Source of the DNA: Bacteroidota bacterium
GTDB taxonomy: Bacteria > Bacteroidota > Bacteroidia > AKYH767-A > 2013-40CM-41-45
Assembly (NCBI GenBank): GCA_043787975.1
Contig: JAYVUK010000016.1
Coordinates: 351 to 64,350, forward strand
Length of the DNA stretch: 64,000 nt
Reading direction: 5' to 3'
The position numbers and the translations under genes are program-made. Of the stretch, positions 41,401-50,700 are shown piece by piece; position 1 is the stretch's first letter; each line of letters starts with the position of its first letter. Below the pieces are notes generated by a model that had not been told where the DNA came from, made no database searches, and was given only the letters and a program-made list of their open reading frames with translations.

Positions 41401-42165
41401 TAAATCAAAAGATATAATGTTGTTGTTATAGTCATCAAACAATTTTGAACTCAAAGCATCAATACCTCCCGCAAAATCTTTGGAAGGACCTCTCGTTGTT
41501 ACACTGATTACACCACCTGTTACATCTCCGTATTGTGCAGGAAGACCACCCGTGATCACGGTAATTTGTTCTGTTCCCTTGTTTGAAATACCAACTCCAC
41601 CACGCACCTTTATTCCGTCAACATAATAAGCCGTTGCATCAGAACGTGAACCTCGAATGTTCAATTCACCACCCTCGTCACGCTGGTAGACTCCTGCGCT
41701 TTGTGATGCAATTGAATTCACATCACGAACCGGTGCTGCCTGAATATCTTCGTATGTAACTGTTTTTTGTGTTTGCGGACTTCCTTTGTCAATTAGCGGA
41801 ACGCTGTATTCGCTCACTTCAACCGTCTTTAAATCTACTGCTCCCTTTCCCAATTCCAGATCAACAAATGATATTTTATCGGTGGAAACAATAACACCTG
41901 TTTTCTCAAAGGGACTGTATCCGACACTCGTTGCCTTCACGTCATATTTTCCCGGGTTGAGTGGCTTGATTGAATAATTACCATCGATGTCGGTAACAGT
42001 GGCTTGCACCTGCGATCCGCCAAGCAATGCGGCTACACTTGCAAAAGGAACTCCTTCCTTCGTTCCCTTTTCAAGAACACGTCCCTTTATTTCGCCCGTT
42101 TGTGCGAAGGCATTTAAACCGAGAATTGAAATTAAGAATAGCGGCAGGTAAAGCTTACGTCCCAT
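38422..42165 (-). CDS. Outer-membrane TonB-dependent-receptor-like protein (carboxypeptidase-regulatory-like N-domain + plug + large beta-barrel), 1247 aa
   Basis: Signal peptide. GEIKGRVLEKGTKEGVPFASVAAL...DIDGNYSI (CarbopepD_reg fold). Plug-like NIRGSRSDATAYYVDGIKV. C-terminal LQLNF ends in Phe, typical of OM barrels. Confidence 0.7.
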   Translation of the reverse strand: MGRKLYLPLFLISILGLNAFAQTGEIKGRVLEKGTKEGVPFASVAALLGGSQVQATVTDIDGNYSIKPLNPGKYDVKATSVGYSPFEKTGVIVSTDKISFVDLELGKGAVDLKTVEVSEYSVPLIDKGSPQTQKTVTYEDIQAAPVRDVNSIASQSAGVYQRDEGGELNIRGSRSDATAYYVDGIKVRGGVGISNKGTEQITVITGGLPAQYGDVTGGVISVTTRGPSKDFAGGIDALSSKLFDDYNNNIISFDLSGPIFTPRDSTGRKSGQPLAGFFFAGDYYYDGDPDPRSGGVWKAKDDKLAEISLNPLVQSTTGNGFNQRAAFFTYDSLEHVNARQNVASQGYRINGKLDFRPVKNVTLTVGGSYDFKDSRNATATRDFYGLFNAANNAQQLDNNWRVFGKITQRFGNSENQSKSSSAIKNAFYSIQVDYSKNKTTGQNDQHKDNFFDYGYVGQFVTHKAGLYFSGTPKTVDGITVNSPIELGNYVDYLVDFHPSDLNPVTTNYTTQYYNLAPDANGYYNTLTDITDNHALVNGDNRINLYVNGLWASPGRVPAGYSITNQSQLRVTASGSADIKDHNIVIGMEYEQRVDRGWNINASSLWNLMRGLEGVATNFQHTLDTSTKYLEFPGIDINGDGIIDTIISYHPLNVPTTNVHNPSQVAPGFHENIHQQLGIPNYAYLDIDSYTPSTYNLNLFTADELAPVLGAYYGYDYTGKISDAKPSLDDFFFHQDGNKNYTRQVAPFEPNYTAGYISDRFSVNDLIFNVGVRVDRFDANQKTLVDPYSLWTAFNAGDVRSGATHLPGNTPIPSNIEDDYVVYANDFNNPTSIVGYRKGDKWFDGQGAETTDLSLITNNSTGPYLKHPEHSSGIQKQIEIEAFKDYEPQVNVMPRIAFSFPISDEAYFAAHYDILVQRPDESLLRMTPSSYLGWYDGISGTFNNPDLKPERTTDYEIAFQQKLSKSSAFSISAFYKELRDMIHQVSAFAAFPISYTTYGNIDFGTVKGLSFTYDLRKTGNVKMNLSYTLQFADGTGSKATSNAGLLANAGQNNLREIKPLDFDQRHTFVVSLDYHYGSGKNYDGPVWFNKQFFAKTGLSLVFRAGSGTPYTRQSNIAPTADLTVTSRNVIAGSINGSRLPWSTNVDLKVDKDFDIKMGKKKDGESRKPLSLNVYLQVLNVLDAQNITSVYNTTGNAGDDGYLTSSAGIVRAATAPSPQAYFDQYQIAANNPNHYSLPRRIRLGLQLNF

Positions 42166-42608
42166 ATTGAGTTAAGTTAATTTAAGTTAACATTTATTGA
42201 AGGTCGTAAAAGTAAAAATCGAATGATGAAAAACAAAAATTATTTTAATTTTTTTTCCTCCCCAATGATGATGCGGCTTTCAGCAGATATGACATGCTTT
42301 AAATTGCATCCTTTTTAGAGCGCAGATAACATTTGTTTACATTTTTCTCATCCTACTTTTTTGATTCATGTTTAATTAAATCAGCGTTCAAAGTTGTACA
42401 TCGAAAAACAGATTGCCAAATCAACTTTTGTGATAAATATACAAGTCTAAGAACATTGATTGTTGAATTCTAGTCATCCGAAATGTGCTGATGTTTAAAA
42501 GAAACAATGTCACCAAAAAGTAAATTAAGCAAGAGGATGAGCCTGCAAAATGTTTTACACAATGGTAACGAGTTTTCAACAATAAGAGCCATCTCTCACT
42601 AAATAAAT

Positions 42609-42616
42609 TATTTTTG
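42609..42616 (+). promoter_or_regulatory. Candidate Bacteroidota sigma-A -7 element (TATTTTTG) upstream of smc
   Basis: Matches the TAnnTTTG consensus, 23 bp upstream of the smc ATG. Confidence 0.3.
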
Positions 42617-42638
42617 CGCATCAACCAACTACCCCATT

Positions 42639-45600
42639 ATGCGCTTAACAACATTAGAGATTAAAGGATTCAAGAGTTTCGGTGAAAAAATTGTCATTCA
42701 CTTCGATAAGGGAGTTACTTCCATTGTTGGACCCAACGGCAGCGGGAAGTCCAATGTAGTGGATGCCATGCGCTGGGTATTGGGCGAACAGAAGACGCGC
42801 ATGCTGCGCTCTGAAAAAATGGAGAACATCATTTTCAACGGAACCAAAACACGTAAGCCTTCCAACCTTGCCGAGGTGTCGCTCACGTTTGAAAATACAA
42901 AAAACATTCTTCCGACAGAATACGCCAACATTACCATCACCCGCAAACTGTACCGTTCGGGCGACAGTGAATATTTGTTGAACGGAGTTACGTGCCGGTT
43001 GAAAGACATCACTGATTTATTTCTCGATACGGGAATCGGCTCTGATTCATATGCCATCATCGAATTAAAAATGATTGATGAAATTCTGAATGATAAGAAC
43101 AATGCGATTAAATTATTGTTTGAAGAAGCTGCAGGGATTTCAAAATACAAGATTCGCAAGAAACAAACATTTCAAAAGCTGGAAGAAACAGAAGCTGATC
43201 TGAACCGCGTGAATGATTTGCTTTTTGAAATAGAGCGCAACATGAAAACGCTCGAATCACAAGCAAAGAAAACGGAACGGTATTACAAAATAAAAGAACA
43301 ATACAAAGAGCTGAGTTCCGAATTGGCATTGTTCACGCTTGCTTCAAGCAAAACCACATTTGATGAATTGCAGCAGAAGGAAGAAAGACAGCTCGAGGAA
43401 AAAATTGTGCTCGATACGCAGATCAATGAAACCGAAGCGGAGTTGCAAAAACAAAAACTTCACGCACTGGATACTGAAAAAGCATTGGCTGAAAGGCAAA
43501 AAGAACTGAACGAAAAAATAAATTTTATCCGTCAGCAGGAGAATGAAAAGAAAATCAGTCACGAGAAATTAAAGTACCTGCAGGATAAAGAGCAGGCGTT
43601 GACCAACCAGCTTTCGCAGGATAAATCATCGCTCATTGAAACGAAGGATGCCATTAAAAAAATTGAAGAAGAAAAATTCAACGAAGAAAATCTTCTCACG
43701 CAATTGCAATCGCAGTTGGAAGAACTGAAAACAGTTCTTGAACAAACCCGGATGAATCATGATTCGCTGAAGAGCGATGTGCTTCGGATGACACAGGAAG
43801 CGCAGACGATCCAGCTTTCCATGCATGAATCAGAAAAAAGTTTTGCCGTAATCCAGGCAAAAAAAGATTCCCTGCAAAAAGAAACGGAACGGTTAAAAAA
43901 CGATTCCGAAATCAAACAGAAAGAACACGATGATCTTGCTGAGAAAACAAATGCTGCCGACCAGATAAAGACGGAAAAAGAAAAGGAATTTTCAGCCGCT
44001 GTTGAATCGGAAGAAAAATTATCCGCTACCATTGTAAACATTGATGAAGAATTAAAGAAAGTAACGGAAGACGTGATGGCGGAAAGCCGCAAGCTGGATG
44101 CAAAACAGAATGAATACAACCTCACCAAAAGCCTGGTCGATAATTTAGAAGGATATCCGGAGTCGCTGAAATATTTGCGAAAGAATTCTCCATCGGCAAG
44201 CAAGGCGCCTTTGTTCTCCGACATCCTTTCCTGTAAACCTGAATTCAAAACTGCGATTGAAAATTACCTCGATCCGTTTATGAATTATTTTGTGATTGAA
44301 AATATTGAAGATGCAAGTAAAGCTGTTAACATACTGAACGAGGCATCAAAAGGTCGTGCTAATTTTTTCATTCTCGATAATTTTAAAAGTGAGAAAGAAA
44401 CAACTGTTCAGAACGTTGAAGGGTGTGTTTCCGCACTCAGCATCCTGGACGTGGAAGAAAAATATCATTCGCTCTGCAATTACCTCTTAAAAAATGTTTG
44501 CCTCGTCACGGATGACCAGGAAAGAACGCCTTTCCTGCAGAACGAAAACAAGTCACTTGTCTTTATTTCTCAAAACGGAAAATATTGCCGTACACGGCAT
44601 TCGCTCTCCGGTGGCTCAGTAGGGCTGTTCGATGGCAAACGAATCGGCCGCGGAAAACACCTGGAAGAACTTTCAAAAGAAATAGAAAAACTTTCCAATG
44701 CGTCAGAAAAACTGAAATCAAAACGCGATCTGCTTCAGCAGGATCTTCAGAAAACAAAACAGCAAAAAGAAAAAACTTCAGCAGAAAAAAATAAACTTCA
44801 GCACGAGGTTCACCAGGTGATCCAGCATTATTCTTCTTTGAAAAGCAAATCGGAGCACTTACTTGCTTCTATTGAAAATAACATCAAGATCACGTCCAGC
44901 CTGGAAGAACAACTGCACGCTATAGACAATACCTTACAGCATAGTGATCTCAGTTTGCATGAACACCTGCAATCGCTCAAGGTAAATTTTGATGCCGTCA
45001 ATTCGCAACTTGCTTCCGTTCAGCAGCAGTTCACTGAAAAAGCAGAACTACTGAACGCACAAAGCAATGAATACAACCAGCAGAACATTCATTGCATTCA
45101 ACAACAGAATAAAATTGCCACCATCATCCGCGATCTTTCTTATAAGGTGAACCTGGTGGATATGCTCAATAAGAATATCGCATCAAACACCAATGAGTTT
45201 GAGATTATTCAACAGCAGATAAAAGAGTTGTTAAACAATTCCACCGACTTTGATGCGCAATTAATTCTTCTGTATGAAGAAAAGGAAACGTTCGAACAGC
45301 AGGTATCATTGATCGAAACCGATTATTTCAAGGCGCGCGGAACAGTGGATGAACTGGATACTAAAATCCGGCAGTTACGTCATCAAAAAGAGCAGGCTGA
45401 ACTGATTGCACAATCCCTGAAAGACCGCACAACGGAATTAAAAATCCAGCTCAACTCTTTGAAAGAACGACTGAGTGTTGAGTTCAATATTGATATCAAT
45501 GACATGCTCGACAAAGATCCTTCTCCAGACTGGACAGAAGAAGATCTACGTGAAAAAGTAAACAAAGTAAAATCTCAGATTGATAATTACGGTCCGATTA

Positions 45601-46199
45601 ACCCGATGGCTGTCGAAGCATACAATGAAATCAACGAGCGCTACACGTTCATCAATACGCAAAAGGAGGATTTGGCAAAAGCAAAAGAATCGTTGCTGCA
45701 AACCATCAGCGAGATTGAAGTTACAGCACGCGAAAATTTCATGACGGCATTCACAGCCATTCGTGGGAATTTTATTAAAGTGTTCCGTTCGCTGTTTACT
45801 GAGGACGATGATTGCGACTTGATTCTTCTTGATCCATCCAATCCGACAGAAAGTGAAATTCAGATTATTGCGAAACCAAAAGGCAAACGTCCGATTTCCA
45901 TTTCACAGCTTTCAGGTGGAGAAAAAACATTGACGGCCACTGCTTTACTTTTCGGAATCTACTTGCTGAAACCTGCACCGTTCTGCATCTTTGATGAGGT
46001 AGATGCTCCTCTGGATGATACGAACATTGACAAGTTCAACAACATCATCCGTACATTTTCCAAGGACTCACAGTTCATCATTATTACGCACAATAAGCGC
46101 ACGATGGCAGCCACCGATATTATTTACGGCATTACCATGGTTGAACAAGGCATTACACAGGTAGTTCCTGTTGACCTGGCGGAAATGGCTGAGGCATAA
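42639..46199 (+). CDS. smc: Chromosome segregation protein SMC
   Basis: N-terminal Walker A (IVGPNGSGKSN), long coiled coils, hinge, C-terminal signature LSGGEKTLTATALLFGIY and Walker B (CIFDEVDAPLD). Confidence 0.95.
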   Translation: MRLTTLEIKGFKSFGEKIVIHFDKGVTSIVGPNGSGKSNVVDAMRWVLGEQKTRMLRSEKMENIIFNGTKTRKPSNLAEVSLTFENTKNILPTEYANITITRKLYRSGDSEYLLNGVTCRLKDITDLFLDTGIGSDSYAIIELKMIDEILNDKNNAIKLLFEEAAGISKYKIRKKQTFQKLEETEADLNRVNDLLFEIERNMKTLESQAKKTERYYKIKEQYKELSSELALFTLASSKTTFDELQQKEERQLEEKIVLDTQINETEAELQKQKLHALDTEKALAERQKELNEKINFIRQQENEKKISHEKLKYLQDKEQALTNQLSQDKSSLIETKDAIKKIEEEKFNEENLLTQLQSQLEELKTVLEQTRMNHDSLKSDVLRMTQEAQTIQLSMHESEKSFAVIQAKKDSLQKETERLKNDSEIKQKEHDDLAEKTNAADQIKTEKEKEFSAAVESEEKLSATIVNIDEELKKVTEDVMAESRKLDAKQNEYNLTKSLVDNLEGYPESLKYLRKNSPSASKAPLFSDILSCKPEFKTAIENYLDPFMNYFVIENIEDASKAVNILNEASKGRANFFILDNFKSEKETTVQNVEGCVSALSILDVEEKYHSLCNYLLKNVCLVTDDQERTPFLQNENKSLVFISQNGKYCRTRHSLSGGSVGLFDGKRIGRGKHLEELSKEIEKLSNASEKLKSKRDLLQQDLQKTKQQKEKTSAEKNKLQHEVHQVIQHYSSLKSKSEHLLASIENNIKITSSLEEQLHAIDNTLQHSDLSLHEHLQSLKVNFDAVNSQLASVQQQFTEKAELLNAQSNEYNQQNIHCIQQQNKIATIIRDLSYKVNLVDMLNKNIASNTNEFEIIQQQIKELLNNSTDFDAQLILLYEEKETFEQQVSLIETDYFKARGTVDELDTKIRQLRHQKEQAELIAQSLKDRTTELKIQLNSLKERLSVEFNIDINDMLDKDPSPDWTEEDLREKVNKVKSQIDNYGPINPMAVEAYNEINERYTFINTQKEDLAKAKESLLQTISEIEVTARENFMTAFTAIRGNFIKVFRSLFTEDDDCDLILLDPSNPTESEIQIIAKPKGKRPISISQLSGGEKTLTATALLFGIYLLKPAPFCIFDEVDAPLDDTNIDKFNNIIRTFSKDSQFIIITHNKRTMAATDIIYGITMVEQGITQVVPVDLAEMAEA

Positions 46200-46270
46200 A
46201 ACGACTGTCATGCTGAACTTGCATGAGCATCTCTGAATTCACGAGCCTATTCTGTGCGTGAGCAAAAAAG

Positions 46271-46305
46271 AAAAGTCTTCCTCCAAATTGAGGAAGACTT
46301 TTTCA
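46271..46305. terminator. Bidirectional rho-independent terminator between smc and the convergent thioredoxin-like gene
   Basis: AAGTCTTCCTC-CAAATT-GAGGAAGACTT flanked by A-run and T-run. Confidence 0.65.
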
Positions 46306-46332
46306 ATATGGGATTATGTAAGAAGAATAAAT

Positions 46333-47541
46333 CTACTTCTGCATGTTCGTCAGCAAAGTGGTTGTCTGGCTGTAATCCGCGTTCGTACGCTTTGCTATTT
46401 CAATGGAATGATTCGCGACCTGGAATCCCTGGTCTTTTTTTCCTAACACATAATAAATACAGGCAAGGAGATAATTGTTTTTATAATTATCATTGAGTTT
46501 CACGGAGCGTTCTGCCCACTGCTCTGCGATGGCCATCTTATCCTTTTCTCCGTTGAACCGTTCATAAATAACACGGGCAATATCGCAAAGCCTCCGTGAA
46601 TCTTCCGCAGCATATTTATCAATAAACTTTTTGGACGCTACCAAATAAGCATCCCATTCCGATTTCATTTTGAGCTTATTTAAATCAGCATATGCGCATA
46701 TTTTTTCTGCCAGATCAAGTCCGTTGGTATGCATGATACTTTTCTTTGCTGTTTCATAACCGTTTGAATCAAGCAACTGGACATATTGCATCAGGTATGA
46801 GTTGTAAACATTGATGAACTTCGTATTCACGCTATCGGATGTGTAGGCTGCTTCCAGCGCCTTTTTGTTACCAATAATTCTCTTCATAATCGGCATGGAG
46901 GGATCCTTAAGAATATCATTGATAATTCTCCAGTTATTCTGAACGGTAAACGTACTGTCAGGCTGTTTCAATAAATACTCGTTGATCATCGGCTGCGCAT
47001 CCATTCCTGACATCTCTTGCATCCTGAAATAAAACTGCACTTCGTATGGGGTTGCCGCACCTGTTTCATATTGTTTTTTGAAATAACGCATTTGACGCCT
47101 TGGGTCAAGTGCTTCTCTACCCAATTCCATAAAAGCCGGTTTGTATTTGCGGCCGGCCGCGCGGTGCGCGAGTTCACCACTGTTATCATAAAACAGCAGT
47201 GCAGGAAAGGTATGGGCCTTTAACCCTGTGGCTATTTTCACTCCTTCTTTCTCAAAGTCCATTTTAATACAAACGAAATTTGCATTGAAAAAATCTGCCA
47301 CTTCCTTGTTCGTATAAACACTGTCCTTCATAAATTCACAATAGTGGCACCAATCGGCAAAGCCATGCAGAAACACCATCTTATGCTCCGCCTTGGCTAC
47401 AGTCAATGCCTGTTCAAGCGTGATGGCCCTGAAATTTATTCCGGACTTACCATCACTTGCTTTCACTTGCGTAATAGATTGAATGATGAAGAGCAAAAAA
47501 ACGATGACTACTGCTTTAAAATAAGGGTTTGAATTTTTCAT
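46333..47541 (-). CDS. Secreted thioredoxin-fold protein (thioredoxin-like domain followed by alpha-helical/TPR-like region)
   Basis: Start set at MKNSNPYFKAVVIVFLLFII (signal peptide). FLHGFADWCHYCEFMK contains a CxxC thioredoxin-type motif. Confidence 0.7.
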   Translation of the reverse strand: MKNSNPYFKAVVIVFLLFIIQSITQVKASDGKSGINFRAITLEQALTVAKAEHKMVFLHGFADWCHYCEFMKDSVYTNKEVADFFNANFVCIKMDFEKEGVKIATGLKAHTFPALLFYDNSGELAHRAAGRKYKPAFMELGREALDPRRQMRYFKKQYETGAATPYEVQFYFRMQEMSGMDAQPMINEYLLKQPDSTFTVQNNWRIINDILKDPSMPIMKRIIGNKKALEAAYTSDSVNTKFINVYNSYLMQYVQLLDSNGYETAKKSIMHTNGLDLAEKICAYADLNKLKMKSEWDAYLVASKKFIDKYAAEDSRRLCDIARVIYERFNGEKDKMAIAEQWAERSVKLNDNYKNNYLLACIYYVLGKKDQGFQVANHSIEIAKRTNADYSQTTTLLTNMQK

Positions 47542-47699
47542 AGGCAAATTTATTAGGTCGTAAATGTATATAGTAAGCAATGAAATGCAAATGAATTCAA
47601 AAGAGCCCCTCTCCTTCCGGGAGGGATTGGGTGAGGAATTCTGCAAACGCGGTGCCCGACCCAAAATAAGGACTGAAGTTCCAGGCAACTCCTTAAAAT

Positions 47700-47735
47700 A
47701 AAAAATCCCCCGATAAATCGGGGGACTTTTTATTA
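47700..47735. terminator. Bidirectional terminator hairpin downstream of the 47755-51765 gene
   Basis: AAAAAATCCCCCGATAAATCGGGGGACTTTTTATT. Confidence 0.6.
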
Positions 47736-47754
47736 ATTGTATTTAAGATTGAGC

Positions 47755-50700
47755 TTACTGAACAACAACTCTCATTGTTTGAATTTCTGCTCCTTCTCTT
47801 TCGATACTCAACAGGTACATACCTTTTGCATAACTGCTCAGGTCAATTTCCTGGATGTTAGCACCTGCTTGCGCTGTACTTGGCTGGCTCATCATTACAT
47901 TACCAATCAGGTCAACTACTTTAAGAGTATATTTCTCTTTCATTGAAGCGTTGAATGTTACATTCAATTTACCTGAAGTCGGGTTCGGATAAGCATTCAT
48001 TTCAGAAGCAATTGCTGCTTCGTTTGCTGTACGGCAAAGTAAGTTCACTGAAATTGGAAGTGTTCTTGGCGCTGCTGCTCCTCCGCATGCATTGCTTGCA
48101 GTTACTGTAAGTGTAGCAAAGTTCGAAGTTGCAGTCGTGAAGTTCACGGTTGCATTCGCACCTGCTCCAACTACGGTAGCTCCACCTGTAATTGACCAAG
48201 TATAAGTAACACCTGCTACCGGACCAACTGAGTAGTTACCTGCAGCTGTGCTCTTACAAACACTGCTTGAACCTGCAATTGCGCCCGGCTGATCAGGACG
48301 TGCAGACACCGTTAAGCAACGTGCAGTTCCACCACCACAAGCATTCACCGCAGTTACACAAACACTACCTGTGTTGGTAAATCCAGCACCGTAGTTAACG
48401 GTCATGGTTAAAGAAGCTGTGTTATTCGGAGATGCCATGGTAGCACCTGCAGGCACTGTCCATGAATAAGATGTTGCACCTGCTACCGCAGAAACTGTAT
48501 AAACAACACCTGACTGTCCGCATAAATTTGAAGCAGTACCTGTAAGTGTAGCTGGTTGAAGCGGAGTAGAACGAACTGCAACAACTCTCACCGGACCTGC
48601 TCCACAACCGCTGCTTCCATAAACGCTTACGTTACCTGATACAAACCCAACAGGGAATGTAATGTTCACGCAATATGTATTACCAGGCAATGTCTGAGGA
48701 GTTGGAAGGCCGTTAATCAACGAACCTGCCGGACCTGACCATGTAATAGAAGTAGCGCCATTAAATGGAGATACACAATATTGAACCGTACTTCCACCAC
48801 ATACACCGATGTTAGGGAAAGAAGCTTGTTGCGGCATGCTGGTTATTGCTCCGTAAACGAAGAGAGAGTTCTCACCGCTGATACCTGAACAACTTACAGC
48901 ATAAACGCGAACCTGTCCACTGTTAAAGCCGGCAGCAACATTCACAGAAATTGTAGTTGAACCTTGTCCAGCTGCGAGTGTAAAGCCTGTTCCTGTAACT
49001 GTCCATACATACGAAGTTGCATTGGCAGCCGGAGGAATAGAATACGTTACGGTTGTAGGACCGCAAACACTAAGAGAAGGTCCTGCAGGTTGAGCAGGGA
49101 ATGCAGGTCTGCCGGTAATAACCGGAACAGGAATGCAAGATGCTGAACTTGTACCGCAAGCATTGGTAGCAGTTACACAAATGAATCCGCCACCGTACGT
49201 AAGACTATAGTTAACAGTAATTGAATTGGTTGTTGAAGAACCACTTGCTCCAATTGGAAGTGTCCAAGCGTACGTCATACCCGGTACATTTGCAACGGTA
49301 TAAACAATACCAACCTGGCCTTTACAAGCACCTGCTGGACCGGCAATTGCACTTGGTTGTGCCGGAGCTGCTCCAACACCTACTACAACAGCAGTAGCTG
49401 TACCTGTACAACCTGAATTATCAGTAATTGTAACAGTATAAGTACCTGCAGCAAGACCTATTGCTGTTTGTGTAGTCTGAACCGGAACAGAGTTCCATGA
49501 ATAACCGGTATATGTTCCGCTTCCACCGCTTGGTGTTACAGAAGCTGTACCTGTTGAACCTCCACAGCTACTGTTTGTAGTTGAGGTAGCTCCTTCAATT
49601 TTATCAGGCTCTGTTAAATGTACATTGCCTGAAGTACCTGAACATCCTGCGTTATCTGTTACAGTGAAAGTATAATCACCTGCAGTATAACCACACAAAA
49701 GACCTGTAGAACCCGGTGCATATGATCCACTACCACCTGTCGCTGATACGTTAACGCAAGTTGAGTAACCGAAACACTGGATTGGCGCATTTGGAGTTGC
49801 AGTAACAAGAACCGGATTTGATGTATGGAATACACCGGTTGGCTCAACACAACCATCTGCTGTACAAGGATTGCCGTCATTGGTATTAACCGAAGGGTGA
49901 ACTGTATTTCCTGCAGCACAATTATCTTGTGTACAAACCAAACCATCGCTAGTTCCACCACCTGTGTTCGTTAAGTTGGTATGGAACACGCCTGTTGGCT
50001 CGGTACAACCATCAGCTGTACAAGGATTGTTGTCATTTGTTGGAAGTGCATTGTGAACCGTTACTCCGTTGTTACAATCATCAGACGTACAAGCTAAACC
50101 ATCGTTTGCGCCACCACCTATATTGGTTAAGTTGTTATGGAACACGCCTGTTGGCTCTGTACAACCATCAGCTGTACAAGGGTTGTTGTCATTTGTTGGA
50201 AGTGCATTGTGAACAACTACTCCGTTGTTACAATCATCAGAAGTACAAGCTAAACCATCGCTTGATCCACCACCTATATTGGTTAAGTTGTTATGGAACA
50301 CGCCTGTTGGCTCTGCACAACCATCAGCTGTACAAGGGTTGTTATCATCTGTAGGAAGTGCATTGTGAACTGTTACTCCGTTGTTACAATCATCCGATGT
50401 ACAAGCTAAACCATCGCTCGTTCCACCGCCTGTGTTCGTTAAGTTGGTATGGAACACGCCTGTTGGCTCTGTACAACCATCAGCTGTACAAGGGTTGTTA
50501 TCATCTGTAGGAAGTGCATTGTGAACAACTACTCCGTTATTACAATCATCAGAAGTACAAGCTAAACCATCGTCTGATCCACCACCTGTGTTTGTTAAGT
50601 TCGTATGGAACACACCTGTTGGTTCAACACAACCATCCGTTGTACAAGGATTGTTATCATTGGTTGAAATCGGATTATTAACTGATACACCGTTGTTACA

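Noticed and set aside
47700-47735. Hairpin as a regulatory riboswitch-like element
   Set aside because: It is a GC-rich stem flanked by A/T runs at the convergent end of a gene, which fits an intrinsic terminator.
49995-50354. 119-aa plus-strand ORF with striking internal repeats (CYNHQ.YKLNHRL.HHLYWLSCYGTRLLAL)
   Set aside because: It is the antisense shadow of the 156-bp tandem coding repeats of the 47755-51765 gene. The periodicity comes from the sense-strand repeats.
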